Origin: Amoebidium appalachense
Taxonomy: Eukaryota > Protista > Ichthyosporea
Length of the DNA: 64,000 bases
NCBI GenBank assembly: GCA_963693365.1
Contig: CAVNZM010000001.1
Span: 4,666,907 to 4,730,906, forward strand
Direction: 5' to 3'
Below are positions 31,467-49,312 of the stretch, one piece after another (the first letter of the stretch is position 1; each line of letters opens with the position of its first letter). A program made the translations under genes and the position numbers. The notes beneath the pieces were generated by a model. That model made no database searches, was not told the origin of the DNA, and saw only the letters and a list, made by a program, of their open reading frames with translations.

Positions 31467-32901
31467 CCCCCCCCCCCCCTCCCCCCTCCCGCCCACCCTT
31501 CCCGGCTTCTCCCTTTCCGTCTCCCTCCCTCCCTCCCTCCCTCCCTCCCTCCCTCCCTCCGTCTCTCCCTCGCCGCCTCCTTCCCTTGCTCCCTCCCTCC
31601 CTCCCTTTCTCCCTTTCTCCCATTCTCTCTCCCTCCCTCCCTCTCTCTCCTCTCTCTCTCGCTTCTCTCTCTCTCTTTCTTCCCTCCCCCTCTCTTCCCC
31701 TTCCCCTCTCTCCCCCTAGCCCCCCCCCCCCCCTTTCTCTCCCTCCTCTCCCGCTCCCCCTCTTCTCTCCTTCTCTCCCTTCCTTCCTTCCCACCGCTCC
31801 CCCCTCCCTCCCTCCTTCCCCCCCCCCCCCCCCCCCCCCCCCGCCCCTTCCCATCCTCAACCGTCCCTCCCTCCCTCTCCCTCCGTCCGTCCGTCCGTCC
31901 TCCGTCCCTCCCCCTCTCCCCCCTTCCTTTCTCCCCCCTTCAGCCCCTTTGTCCCTCCCTCTTTTTCCCGCCCCCCCCCCCCCCACCCCCCACCCCTTGC
32001 TCCTCTTTCTAAAAAAAAGACTTCGTTTCTTTTCGCAGTTGGCGGCAGGCTTTGTCTCTCTGTCCCTCAATGTGCCTTAATACCTCGCCAACTCGGATGG
32101 GTGCACATTATCTCATCTCCACCGGTGACTTTTTTCTCTCGATATATCCCCCCCCCCCCCCCCCCCCTCCCCCGTCCCTCCCCCTCCCCCCCCCCCCCTC
32201 CGCTCCTCTCCCTTTCTTGCCCTGCGTTCTTCCCTCCTGCCTGCCTATTCCCCCTCCAGCGATTGTGTTCTGGCCCAGCTTTTCTCCTTCTCTATTTTCA
32301 TTGGTCACCCATAACACCCTCACATCTCTTATCCCCCCCCCCCCTCTCCGGCCTTCCTCTCTCTCTCTCTCTCACTCTCTTCCATTTCTCACCTTCTCAA
32401 CACCCCCACCCCGGCCTCCCTCGCCGCCAAACCACCGAATTCACCACCAACACCACCACCCAAAGCCTCTTGCAAAGACACATGCAGATATTTGCATGCA
32501 CCTTCTTTGTTCTTTATTTGCGATAGGATAGCCTGATGTGTTATGTTTCTAGGTGCTTCTCTGTTTCCCCCCTTTTCCCCCCCCCCCCCCCCCCCCCCCC
32601 CCCTCCCCCCCCCCCCAAAAAAAAACCCGTCCATCCCTCTTTTTCCCAGTCTGTAAAGCTTTTAATACTGTTATGGTCTGTGGGTTCTTACACATCTCTG
32701 TGCTGGTGTTTGCACCCAGTAAAGCATCCCCCCCCCCCCCCCCCCCCCCCTTTGGGCGCTGGCGTCTTCCCACTCCCGATATCCTTTCTTTCACGTTACA
32801 ACTAGTGGTACCATGCTCGTCCGGCACGCTTTCCCTTACACCGGTAGGACTGGCGAGTATGATGCAGAGGGAGAGGAACCTACACATCGAACATGCACAC
32901 A

Positions 32902-32978
<77 letters not shown>

Positions 32979-33433
32979 CAAGTTCTCATGCACCATCCAC
33001 GCATGTGCAGATGAGTTTCAGATTCTGGAGTGTGGGCAGCCTGAGACGGTGGATGGTTTGTGGCCGCTGAGAGATGTGAGGCTGGAGGCACCAAACGATG
33101 TCAAGGTGCCTAGTTATTTTCCTCCGGAGGGTGGAGGGGGGTTTGGGGGGGGGGGGGGGGGGGGAGGGGGGGGGAGGTGGGAGGAAGGGAGGGACCCTGT
33201 CGTGTGCACGTGTGTCAGTTCAGTGTTATAAAATATAGCCAGTAGGGGGAGGGGAACGGAAAGAACCGTGTGTGTGTGTGTGTGTGTGTGTGTTGGGGGG
33301 GGGGGGGGGGGGGGGGGGGGGTGTTTGCAGGGCTAGACGATCTTTCTTGGTCTTGGCAGGAGACTGTGTTGTGGTCGATACGGTCGGCACCAGTCCTGCT
33401 ACTTTGCTGTCCCTATCTTTTTTTGCCTTTTAG

Positions 33434-33465
<32 letters not shown>

Positions 33466-33849
33466 TGCCCGCCGCCGCCCGGGGGCCTCTGGAGATGCAT
33501 GGGCACGTGAAAGTCGGGTCTGCTTACGACTTGTTCTCTTCTATTTCTGCCGCTCCATACACCGATCTTCCTTGTGCGTCGTTATGTTTCGTGTTGGGTG
33601 GTGCATTCTAATTCTATCACCCGTTGGTGTTGGTGTATGCTAACTATATTCCTCTAGTTGAGTTTACCTTAGACGTTGCTGCACGTTACTCCCGCCCTCC
33701 ACCTGGGCTCCACTCCTTCCCACACCTTGTAACGAATCCCCCCCCCCCCCCCCCCCCCCCCCCCCCAGCAAACACACACACAAACAGGTACTTGCACACA
33801 TACACACATACACACACACAAACACACACACACTCACACACACTCTCTC

Positions 33850-33884
<35 letters not shown>

Positions 33885-34844
33885 ATATACGTACATACAT
33901 ACATACATTCATATTTATATATATATATATCTGCTTCAGTTCTCTCTCTCTCTCTCTCTCTCTCTTCCTCTCTCTCCACCCCCCCCCCCCCCCCCCCCAC
34001 ATCTTTACTTCCATGCAACCGGGCATGGTTGCTCTGTGTCGTGCATCTGTAAGCACACGCGTTTGTCGCTGCACTGCATTAGTTTGCACACACATCTTCA
34101 CCGTTTTGCTCACCTTGCTTGCATAAGCAACCCTGCTCGTCTTTGATCAAGACGGGTTGACCCACCCAAGTTCAGTTGATGCTGCTGTCTGAGTTGGAGC
34201 GTCGTATATACGCGGGCTAAGGGGTCGAAACTCAGACGCAATTGATGACTTGGGCCCTCCCTGAGGATGGGCTCTGCTTATGACGCATACTGTGCGCATG
34301 GCTGATGCTGCATAGTTGAATGTTTGCCTTTGCATGTGTCCTGCACCATGCTTCTCATCGTGTATGCGTACTTCGTACTGTGTTCCGCATTCAAACCCCC
34401 CTGTCTTCTTTCAGAGGTGTCCTTTCAGGACAGACCACTGTGTGGAGACATCTTTACTTCCATGCAACCGGGCATGGTTGCTCTGTGTCGTGCATCTGTA
34501 AGCACACGCGTTTGTCGCTGCACTGCATTAGTTTGCACACACATCTTCACCGTTTTGCTCACCTTGCTTGCATAAGCAACCCTGCTCGTCTTTGATCAAG
34601 ACGGGTTGACCCACCCAAGTTCAGTTGATGCTGCTGTCTGAGTTGGAGCGTCGTATATACGCGGGCTAAGGGGTCGAAACTCAGACGCAATTGATGACTT
34701 GGGCCCTCCCTGAGGATGGGCTCTGCTTATGACGCATACTGTGCGCATGGCTGATGCTGCATAGTTGAATGTTTGCCTTTGCATGTGTCCTGCACCATGC
34801 TTCTCATCGTGTATGCGTACTTCGTACTGTGTTCCGCATTCAAA

Positions 34845-34875
<31 letters not shown>

Positions 34876-34948
34876 TCTCCCTCTCTCTCTCTCTCTCTCT
34901 CTGGGGGGGGGGGGCACCTTCATCAGGTCCCTGAGCTCTGAAGCTGTC

Positions 34949-35042
<94 letters not shown>

Positions 35043-35142
35043 CCCTCCCTTTCTCTCTCTCTCCCTCCCTTTCTCCCTCCCTCCCTCCCTCTCTCCCTCC
35101 CTCCCTCCCTCCCTCCCTCCCTCTCTCTCTCTCCTTCCCTCT

Positions 35143-35219
<77 letters not shown>

Positions 35220-36092
35220 GCTTTTTCTCTGTGTGTGTCTGTGTGCAGCTGTTTGTACCTTCCACCACCTCTCCCTGCTCCTCCTCTCTCGTGCCCATTT
35301 TGCTACACGATAATCCCCCCATCATCCATTTTCCTTGCCCCCCCCCCCCCCCCCCCCCCTCCTCTCTCCCCCCCCCCCCCCTCCCCACACACACCTCACC
35401 CCCACCGCACCCACCCATCCTCATCTTTTGAACCTTCATCTTCTGCTCTTTCCACCCCTTCACCCCCGTTTCATGTTTCCCTTTCCTCACCGCATCCCCT
35501 CTCCCCTACAGGCTGTATGGGACCTCATCCGTTCAGAAAACTGCAGTGACCTAGTGGCCATTGATGTTCGTCGGCGCACCAACCACACCGACTACTTTGT
35601 CATTGCCACATGCAGGTCGGCACGCCATGCAAAGGCCGTGGCTACAGAGATAGTGCGCCAGGTAGGGGGGGTTTTGTCTTGTTTGGGTGGTGCATGGTGG
35701 GGAGAGGGGGGGGGAGGGGCGGGGGATTAAGGGTTTTACCCGGACAAATGGACGATCCTTGCACATTGTAGATGCATTCCACGCTGTGGCCCTGAGCAAC
35801 CCTTCTGATTTTGTTAAAGCGTTGACAATATTGTGTATGTGATCAATGCGGCATGCACAACTATACAAAAGGCATGTTTCTTAGTGCAGAGCTACCATGC
35901 AAAAGGAATCCTCTTTGGCACAATCGAGAAATACCGATTCAGACTCTAATCGATTATTCTGTTATAAATCCCTGCAGTTTAAGGGGAGCCGGCGCAAGGG
36001 GCTAGATCTGACTGTGGAGGGAGGGGGGTCCGACGGCTGGATGGTTGTCAACATGTCCGATATCCACGTGCATATCCCCCCCCCCACCCCCC

Positions 36093-36126
<34 letters not shown>

Positions 36127-36261
36127 CAAACACACATACACACACGCACGCACACACCCTCCCCTCCCCTGCGCATGCTGTTTGTGTGTTTTTGCACAAA
36201 ATCTGTGTTTGATTGCCCGTTGGAATGTGTGCACTTCGTTTTCTGTAACACATCCTAAACC

Positions 36262-36296
<35 letters not shown>

Positions 36297-36651
36297 TCTC
36301 TCTCTCCCTCCCTCCCTCCCTCCCTCCCTCCCTCCCTCCCTCCCTCCCTCCCTCCCTCGCTCCCTCCCTTTCTCCCTCCCTCCCTCCCTCCCTCCCTCCC
36401 TCCCTCCCCCCTCCCTCCCTCCCTCCCTCCCTGCCTCCCTCCCTCCCTCCCTCCCTCCCTCCCTCTCTCTCTCTCTGTCTCTGTCTCTGTCTCCCCGAGT
36501 GTGCCATTTTTCCTCAACTCTCCCACCATTTGGTTCATCGGCGGACCCATTAAGTGCCATCCTAACCGCACCCATAAACACCGATCTCTTCATCTCCCTT
36601 TCTTTCACTTCCTTGAGCCTCCCACATCCAAACACCTGCTCGTCTGTTCAA

Positions 36652-36715
<64 letters not shown>

Positions 36716-36903
36716 ACACACCACACACACACACTCTCTCTCTCTCTCTCTCTCACTCTCTCACACCCGCCCCCCTCCTCACCCCTCCCCTGCGCTCTTG
36801 CGCAGCTCGGCTGATGTCCACATATCTGTTTTATGGCACACACGTGAATATTCCTACATGTCTGTATGTGTTGCACGGTGTTTGCGCGTGTTATTTTCTG
36901 CAA

Positions 36904-36960
<57 letters not shown>

Positions 36961-37413
36961 ATAAATAAATAAATAAATAAATAAAAAATAAATAAATAAA
37001 TAACTAAAATAAAAAATAAATTAAAAAAAAAAACTCCATATCCACCTCCCTGCCCTCCCAACGGCCATGCACGGCTCCTGTTTTCTGCGGGCATGTGTGC
37101 ACACAATGTATGCCCAAGGGTTGGGCACCACACACTGGCCCCGGCTGTGTGTGTATCCATTTTGGTGTGTTGGTGATAGGCTGTGTCTACAACTTGTGAC
37201 GTATTATTGAGTGCTTGCACGTAGATGTGGGGTCCTTTGGTGTCGTCGGCACTATAGACCCCTCATGCTGGTTTCCTTCTTAGTCTTAGGGTTTCTGCAG
37301 CCGCTTGCTCTTCCCCTCCCCATCCCCTGCTGTTGGCAATCATTTCTTTTTAACAGCTTGTGTTGCCAATAAGCCCTCCACCCTAGACCCCCCCCCCCTC
37401 CCCCCCCCCCTCC

Positions 37414-37444
<31 letters not shown>

Positions 37445-37698
37445 ACCACCACCACCACACACACACACACAATGATCACCCACCCACACCCATTCCCCTC
37501 CCCGCCCCCCCCCCCTTCCCCCACAAACACACGCGTGTACACACACACGTAAAAACACATGCCAGTTTCACCACCATTGCCCGCAGCACCACCACCACCG
37601 GGTACCTTGCCTCTTCCGGGTACATAGTAGCATGCACCATAGACACAAACTCTCATATCAATGCACTGAGCACTCCCATCCATGCATGCATACACACA

Positions 37699-37745
<47 letters not shown>

Positions 37746-37803
37746 CCCCCTCTCCTTCAAGACACACATTGCGCGCACGCATGCACGCACGTACACATGC
37801 ACA

Positions 37804-37867
<64 letters not shown>

Positions 37868-38028
37868 AACAGATATACGTGGGCACATTCTGACCAACCC
37901 ACCTATCGCAGGTGCACCTTATGGAGCTGTCGGCACGCAAAACCTACGAACTTGAGAAACTGTGGCTGTTGGGCAACCAAGACGACCAGCTCAAGGCTGC
38001 ACGTGAGGCCGACAGAAGGGCTTTCTAG
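30670..38028 (+). CDS. MALSU1: Mitochondrial ribosome silencing factor RsfS/Iojap family
   Basis: Exons 30670-31075, 33011-33105, 35512-35661, 35978-36067, 37912-38028 in phase. Arg/Ser-rich presequence-like N-terminus; DLVAIDV...DYFVIATCRSARHAKAVA, VEGGGSDGWMVVNMSDIHVHLM...RKTYELEKLW are RsfS motifs. Confidence 0.92.
33465..33737 (+). mobile_element. Retroelement-like segment between C-runs (family D)
   Basis: Complex sequence bounded by long C-runs on both sides; contains GGGTCTGCTTACGAC, similar to GGGCTCTGCTTATGAC of family B. Confidence 0.45.
33999..34844 (+). mobile_element. Family B: head-to-tail partial tandem of a 449-bp non-coding unit (pLTR/retrozyme-like) between C-runs
   Basis: 33999-34395 is repeated at 34448-34844 (offset 449, matching duplicated ORFs at 34147 and 34596); core homologous to family A; ends CGCATTCAAA(C)n; another 3' end at 58464-58576. 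Confidence 0.88.
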
Positions 38029-38188
38029 AAGGTGTATGCAAGCACGTGGACGGGCACGTAGATGTGTAGATGGAGAGAGATGGTGTGATGCATGGTGGTT
38101 TGATGTGCGTGTGTGCGTGTGTTCGTCAAGTGGATGATAAAATTAGGAGGGCAGTCTGGATGATACAGGTTGTTGTTGGTAGTGTGCC

Positions 38189-38224
<36 letters not shown>

Positions 38225-38897
38225 GTTGGACCAGGTTTGTTTGTTTGTTTGTTTGTATTGTGTTTTGATTGTGTGTTTGTTTGTTTGTTTGTTTAGGGTG
38301 GATATCTCTCCTTTCCATACTGCAATGGTGTTATAGTGTCGTGGGTCACTGGCATCGGATTCCCCGTAAGATATGCAGCACGAAAAGCATCTTTGTGTGT
38401 GCCGATATTCTGGTTTTGGGTTGTTCCGATCTTTGTGTTGATAACAACAGATATTCTCAGGGGCCCTCTTTTATGCAAAGCCCTTTTTTTCCGGTTTTTT
38501 GCTTCTTTATTTTCGTTCTCTCTCTCTTTCATCTTGTTCTTGTTCTTTCCCTCTTGTCCGTTCTTTATTGTCTCATCCCTTGTTCCTTCCTTGTTTTCAG
38601 CCTCTTTGCCCGGGAAGGTCTGTATCAGTTTATTGTTTTGGTTTTGCTTGGTAGCACTACGGTATGAATGACTGGATTCCAAGTTGGCATATGGCATCTT
38701 ATTATACTCGTGTGGAACACATTGGCTAGGCCGTTCTTTCTTTAGTTGGCAATAAATTGCAAATGCACGTGCACGTGTTTTATTATGACATTTGTGTCGC
38801 TTTATGCTCAGAACTCGAGAGCATGCGCACGTGTACACTCACTAAACATATATAAATCATGCATTCATTCATGAGCAAAAAGAAGCCTCGGGGGTCT

Positions 38898-38963
<66 letters not shown>

Positions 38964-39399
38964 CCGTGTGTGCATGCGTGTGTGCGTGCGTCTGTGAGTG
39001 TGTCTATGTGTGTGAGTGCGTGTGTGCTGCTGTCTGTACACATGTGTGGTGCACGTGTACATGTGGGTATGTGCACGTGCCAGCCACACTGCCGTGCATA
39101 CATGGTGGCAGCGCGTGTCACAGTGCGTAAAGAAAGTTACGGTGCTGTTAACGGTTCCTGACGTCAGGAACCGTTGGGGTCTCCTGAGAGAAATTTGACG
39201 GGATAAAACGTGTACTGAAAAACAGAGGTTCTTCTAGGTCTGGCTCTATTATGCTTGTTTGTGCTCACGTGTGTGCTCGAGCCCCTGCCGCAAGGATTAC
39301 GACGGTCGACATATGCACCATGGAGGCTGTCGACTCCCTGACGGTTTCACTCAAAAAGCACGCACATCCGATGGACCACTGCATGTACAACACGCACAC

Positions 39400-39906
<507 letters not shown>

Positions 39907-40657
39907 ATTTGTTCAGCTCCAAGTTTGCGTCACGAATTGTATCGACCCAAAATACGGTTTAGAAAACCCCGCAATACGGGGGCATCCAATTTGTAAATAC
40001 GACTCTGAAGGGTGTCAAATTGCTCGGAATTTGCCTAAATACGATTAAGAGCGCCAACCCCATGGCAACCCCTGGCTCCAAGCATCCAACACTGAACAGC
40101 TCCCCAAACAGCCTGGATGCACGGTGCGTTTTTGTCCAATGATGATTTCCTTCAGAAATCACAGGCCCCGAACCGGCTGGGGGGCTTGTGAAGGATTTCT
40201 TCAATTATTAAAAAAGTACACACTTCCCAAGGCCCTAGGGCCAATTGCAAGGCTTAAGCTTGGTCAATAGATGACAGAAGAAGAAAAATCGGCTATTGTT
40301 ATTGTTTATTTTATGTAAATAATAGGCTTTTTTTGTGTATATTTTTGGTTTTCACGAGCATCCTCTAGCGGCGTTCGCCGCCGAAGTCCTGGACCTATGT
40401 GTCGTAGATAATTTCAAAATCCGGCAGCAGAAGCAGGGTTCAGGCAAGCAGGGAGGCCTCCTATCCTTTTTCTTTTGACTCGGGTTTATTGATCCGTTAA
40501 TGAAGGCAACGTGCAGCCACAGGCTACATAACCACCAATAGAACTGAAAAAGCCAAAGCTACGAAATGAAAATAAAGCGACAAGTGACAAAGGACACCAG
40601 CGGGCAAAACCGTAAGTGTACGTGTATGCGTGAAACTAGTTTGCTCCAACTAGTCAT

Positions 40658-42826
40658 ATGTATCCTAAGGAGGGGGTTTACACACTTTTTATTGCGTGGA
40701 CATTGCCGGAGGCCCAGCCACATTTGACGGCCTACTGCGTTTTCCAGCACAGCCAATCAAATGCAGCCAGTGACATCCCCTTTTTCAGTCCCGATGCCAT
40801 ATGGTCTGTGATATCTAGTTATAGCTCTAGTAAGTCTTGTGGACCTGATGGACTCCCTGCTGGGTTTCTTAAAATCCTTGTTCCCTCCTACCCACAAAAG
40901 GAAAGTGATCGTGCTATTAAACCTGATCTTACTATCATGTTAAGCTCTCTCTTTTCTTGGTGTGTTAAATGTGGACATGTCCCGTCATCTTGGTTAGATA
41001 CCTTAGTGATCCCCATAGTTAAGAAGGACTCTGAGGGCCCCATATCATCCTTTCGCCCCATTACACTAACCCAGGTTGTTCGTAGATTCTTTGAAGCTTG
41101 CTTACTTAGGTTATTTGCACATCACCCTAGGTTTCAATCTATTCTTCACATACACCCATGCCAATCCGCTTTTCGTAAAAACAATTCATGTTATGTTCAA
41201 ATAATGGCACTGCACGATTCTATGCAAGTTGGTGCACAATATGTTGGCTTTATTGATTGGAAAACTGCTTACGATTCTGTCTCCCCTGGTCTCCTATGGG
41301 AAAAGCTTGCTGCACGGGGTGTACCACACTGCATTGGTGTTCTGTTAGAAGCACTCTTGTCTCAAACCTATGGTAGAGCTGTGGTTAATGGGCATCTTTC
41401 ATATGGTTTTGCTCGTACTAGAGGTCTCTTGCAGGGTTCATTGCTTAGCCCCTTTTTGTTTAACCTATTTATAGATGATTTGGCTGTCAAGATTTACGCC
41501 GAAAACGATGACCCTATTAATAACTTTCCGCCTGCACTTCTCTATGCTGATGATCTGTCCCTCCTTGCCCGTACCCCTAGACGCCTGCAAAGATTGTTCG
41601 ATGTAGTGTCAGAGTGGTGCAAGGCAAACCTTATGATCCTTAACATAGACAAATGTGGTGTTCTTGTACCTGATATAGCTAACAATTTACACACATTTAC
41701 ATTATCATCTAAACCTGTACCTATAGTTCCAGAATACAAATATCTTGGTGTTCCGGTTGATTCTGTTGGTGTTATGTTTCCCCATATGGTCGAAAAGAGG
41801 GTAGAGTTGGCTCGTAAGCGGTTAGCTTTCTTCTCGGCTAATATTTTTAAAGACACACCCCTCCATCCTTCTATTAGACTTACATTTATTCGCACTTTTG
41901 TCTTCCCGGCATGTGAATATGGTTTACCCCTTCTCGCCGCTTGGATCAAGAAAGAGAGAACTAGAGCGCTTAAACCCTTGGCAAATTTCCTTGAAGCAGA
42001 AGTTGCCTCCTTTCTATCTAACAACTGTTGTAAACCTGGGCCTGTAACGCTCTCGATATATGGTCTGGTCCCAATAGCTGCTAGAGTATCCTATCTCGCG
42101 CTGAAATTCAATAAGCACATAAGCCGCTTAAAGAAGTATTTGCCCTCCCACCCTCTCTTCTCTATCCGACCTGTCCCCTCCTCACCTCTCCCCTCTTTCC
42201 TCCCCTCTCTCTCCCCTTCTCCCCTGGGCACAAATACAAATAAACCCCGCAATAGTGTGTGTGTGACTTTGGACTGCCACTTACTTATTAAACATGTACA
42301 CAATCACAAGATAATCACGCAATATAACAAATGGAAAAAGATACCACACGACACTAGACCCGATGAAAGCATACACCTTGAAAAACTAAGCCTTATGTCT
42401 CGTTTTATATATACTGACCGCCTCAACCATATTGCCAAATATGGCACTCGCAAGTGTATAACACCTAAATACATATTACCTTCCTGTAGAACTGGTCTTT
42501 CTCTAGCTGATGGTATTATTGATCAATTACCACGCTTTTACTGTACACGTGCTATACAGTGGAGATCTAATAAGTATAAGGTGGCATCATTTGCATGCCC
42601 AAACAACACACACACACACCAGTTTAACCGGTCATGTATCGCCAAATGTAGTTTGATAGACCACATAATACCGCAACACACACACGTCACATTCACAACA
42701 GACACCCAGAAAGATAGCCTACCTGTAAATTACAACATCCTTGATTTTATACTAAACACGCGTAACTACGACCTGTTTATTAGATGTATTGATTGGCTTG
42801 AGAAACACATCACTACAAAATTATAG
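40658..42826 (+). CDS. LINE reverse transcriptase ORF, 5'-truncated (no endonuclease domain seen)
   Basis: KSCGPDGLP, FRPITLT, QSAFRK, FIDWKTAYDSV, RGLLQGSLLSPFLFNLFIDDL, LYADDL, YKYLGV motifs; Cys/His-containing C-terminus; poly(A) at 42924-42978. Confidence 0.95.
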   Translation: MYPKEGVYTLFIAWTLPEAQPHLTAYCVFQHSQSNAASDIPFFSPDAIWSVISSYSSSKSCGPDGLPAGFLKILVPSYPQKESDRAIKPDLTIMLSSLFSWCVKCGHVPSSWLDTLVIPIVKKDSEGPISSFRPITLTQVVRRFFEACLLRLFAHHPRFQSILHIHPCQSAFRKNNSCYVQIMALHDSMQVGAQYVGFIDWKTAYDSVSPGLLWEKLAARGVPHCIGVLLEALLSQTYGRAVVNGHLSYGFARTRGLLQGSLLSPFLFNLFIDDLAVKIYAENDDPINNFPPALLYADDLSLLARTPRRLQRLFDVVSEWCKANLMILNIDKCGVLVPDIANNLHTFTLSSKPVPIVPEYKYLGVPVDSVGVMFPHMVEKRVELARKRLAFFSANIFKDTPLHPSIRLTFIRTFVFPACEYGLPLLAAWIKKERTRALKPLANFLEAEVASFLSNNCCKPGPVTLSIYGLVPIAARVSYLALKFNKHISRLKKYLPSHPLFSIRPVPSSPLPSFLPSLSPSPLGTNTNKPRNSVCVTLDCHLLIKHVHNHKIITQYNKWKKIPHDTRPDESIHLEKLSLMSRFIYTDRLNHIAKYGTRKCITPKYILPSCRTGLSLADGIIDQLPRFYCTRAIQWRSNKYKVASFACPNNTHTHQFNRSCIAKCSLIDHIIPQHTHVTFTTDTQKDSLPVNYNILDFILNTRNYDLFIRCIDWLEKHITTKL

Positions 42827-42846
42827 CGCACGCGCACACACACACA

Positions 42847-42887
<41 letters not shown>

Positions 42888-42919
42888 CCAGCTGATACCG
42901 AGTGTCCCGAGGGGAGCCC

Positions 42920-42978
<59 letters not shown>
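40658..42978 (+). mobile_element. Non-LTR retrotransposon (LINE) with poly(A) tail; 5' boundary approximate
   Basis: Uninterrupted RT ORF, short 3'UTR containing (CA)n, long A tail. No convincing TSD found. Confidence 0.9.
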
Positions 42979-42979
<1 letters not shown>

Positions 42980-43242
42980 GGGGAACCCCAACTAATTGAT
43001 TTCTCCTTGTAGTCTTTATGGTGTCTCGTAGAGAAAGTAAACCCTGATATATAGTCACCACCCGACATCTATGTACGTGATCATGATATACCGCTGAGGG
43101 GATATTCCGAGCAAACCCCCCCCCCCCCCATACCTGAGACTGGTTCTCTTTGCCTCGAGTAAACAGCGTAAACCCCCCCTGACATATGTACATGCTAGGC
43201 AACAATGAGCGCCATCGTAGGATCTGACACCCCTATTACATA

Positions 43243-43800
43243 TTATGGGTAAGCAGATGCTAGCATCGGTAGCTCCGACAGAAAGTTAAGGCACCGGATC
43301 ACAATATCATACTGTGCAGCATTAATAAGGTGATCTAGGATAGTCATCTTAAAACGGATATATTGAGGAAGAGATGAAGAAAAGAGAATAAAACCGCCAA
43401 TAACCTCCGGTTCTAATACATTAGCTAACAGGTTGCATTTATTGATAGATATGCAGCCGCGAGTAAACCGCCCCCCACACATATTACACATACGAGCAGG
43501 AGACACCAGAAACCGATTACACCGCCAAGCCATAATCATCTTTGCGTTTTTCTACCACACAACATTACGAATAAACGAATCTATGTATGAACGAGACTCT
43601 CTAACCGTATCCGCCATATAGGCTACTAGTAGTTGGTGTTTGTGCGGTCCTAACACCGGAAGGGACTCAACACGTAGGGTAAAAAAGATATCCATGGGTT
43701 TCGGGGGACATTTGTTGTCCCCGGGTAAGCCAATCAAATACATGCGCGCCAAAATTCACAAATTCCTTCAACATCTGGTGAGCCACCTGCTTGGTCCTGG
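43243..43800 (-). pseudogene. Degenerate C-terminal fragment of a related LINE ORF
   Basis: MAWRCNRF...CNMCGGRFTRGCI...C...TILDHLINAAQYDIVIRCLNFL aligns with IQWRSNKY...CPNN...FNRSCIAKC...NILDFILNTRNYDLFIRCIDWL of the 40658 ORF; in-frame stop at 43552-43554. Confidence 0.75.
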
Positions 43801-44091
43801 TCATGACATGGTGACTGTGACAAAATTGCAGAGTTCTTTCGTTCTCGTTCATACGCAAACGACTCACGCAAACTCAACGACTCTTAATTATAAACCAGTC
43901 CCAACCATTTATGTTTCCCTTATAGTCGAGAAAAACCGAGCTCGATTGAAAGGTTGACTCCGTACAATAACAACCCCACGCGTGGTTTTGTGCTCCCATG
44001 CCAACCACCATTCTCGAGCTCTCCTGCCTTCCAAAATCATTAGAACGCATACAGCTCTATAAACGATATAGTCTAGAGCCTATCGTGTAAA

Positions 44092-48919
<4,828 letters not shown>

Positions 48920-49312
48920 ATTGTGATAGCACATGTTGTAGATATGGGTGGTTGTACTTAGAATAGATGAAGGGAACAAATAAGCTTGAAAGGCAGTGAC
49001 ATCATGACATGTATGCAGGTTACATCGGATCCGTTTGGTTGCTGTATGCATGATACCCTCAGAGGCTCCCGGGGATGATAAATGGATGCCTCTGAGGGTA
49101 CATAGGTCAACTCCATTCACCGAGCAGATCAAAATAGGCTTTGCTCGCTTGTATTTCGAAACCACATTAGAGCAAGGCTTTACACTACTAGCCTTACGCT
49201 GGTATCTTCTCATTATAGCATACAGTATATTGACCGAGTCTGGCACAGTGATGTTGTAAATGTCAAAAGCCATCACGCATTGAATATCAGGTTAATCCAA
49301 TCGATGTTGTGC

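Noticed and set aside
33999-34844. CRISPR array or LTR retrotransposon
   Set aside because: Eukaryotic context, no short repeat-spacer periodicity, and no TG...CA termini, PBS or internal coding region.
38293-38838. 181-aa minus-strand ORF
   Set aside because: Antisense to T-rich sequence downstream of MALSU1; low-complexity K/N/E bias and no recognisable motif.
40640-43000. Target-site duplication for the LINE (CCAACTA near 40646 and 42988)
   Set aside because: Only 7 bp and not adjacent to the poly(A) end; likely chance.
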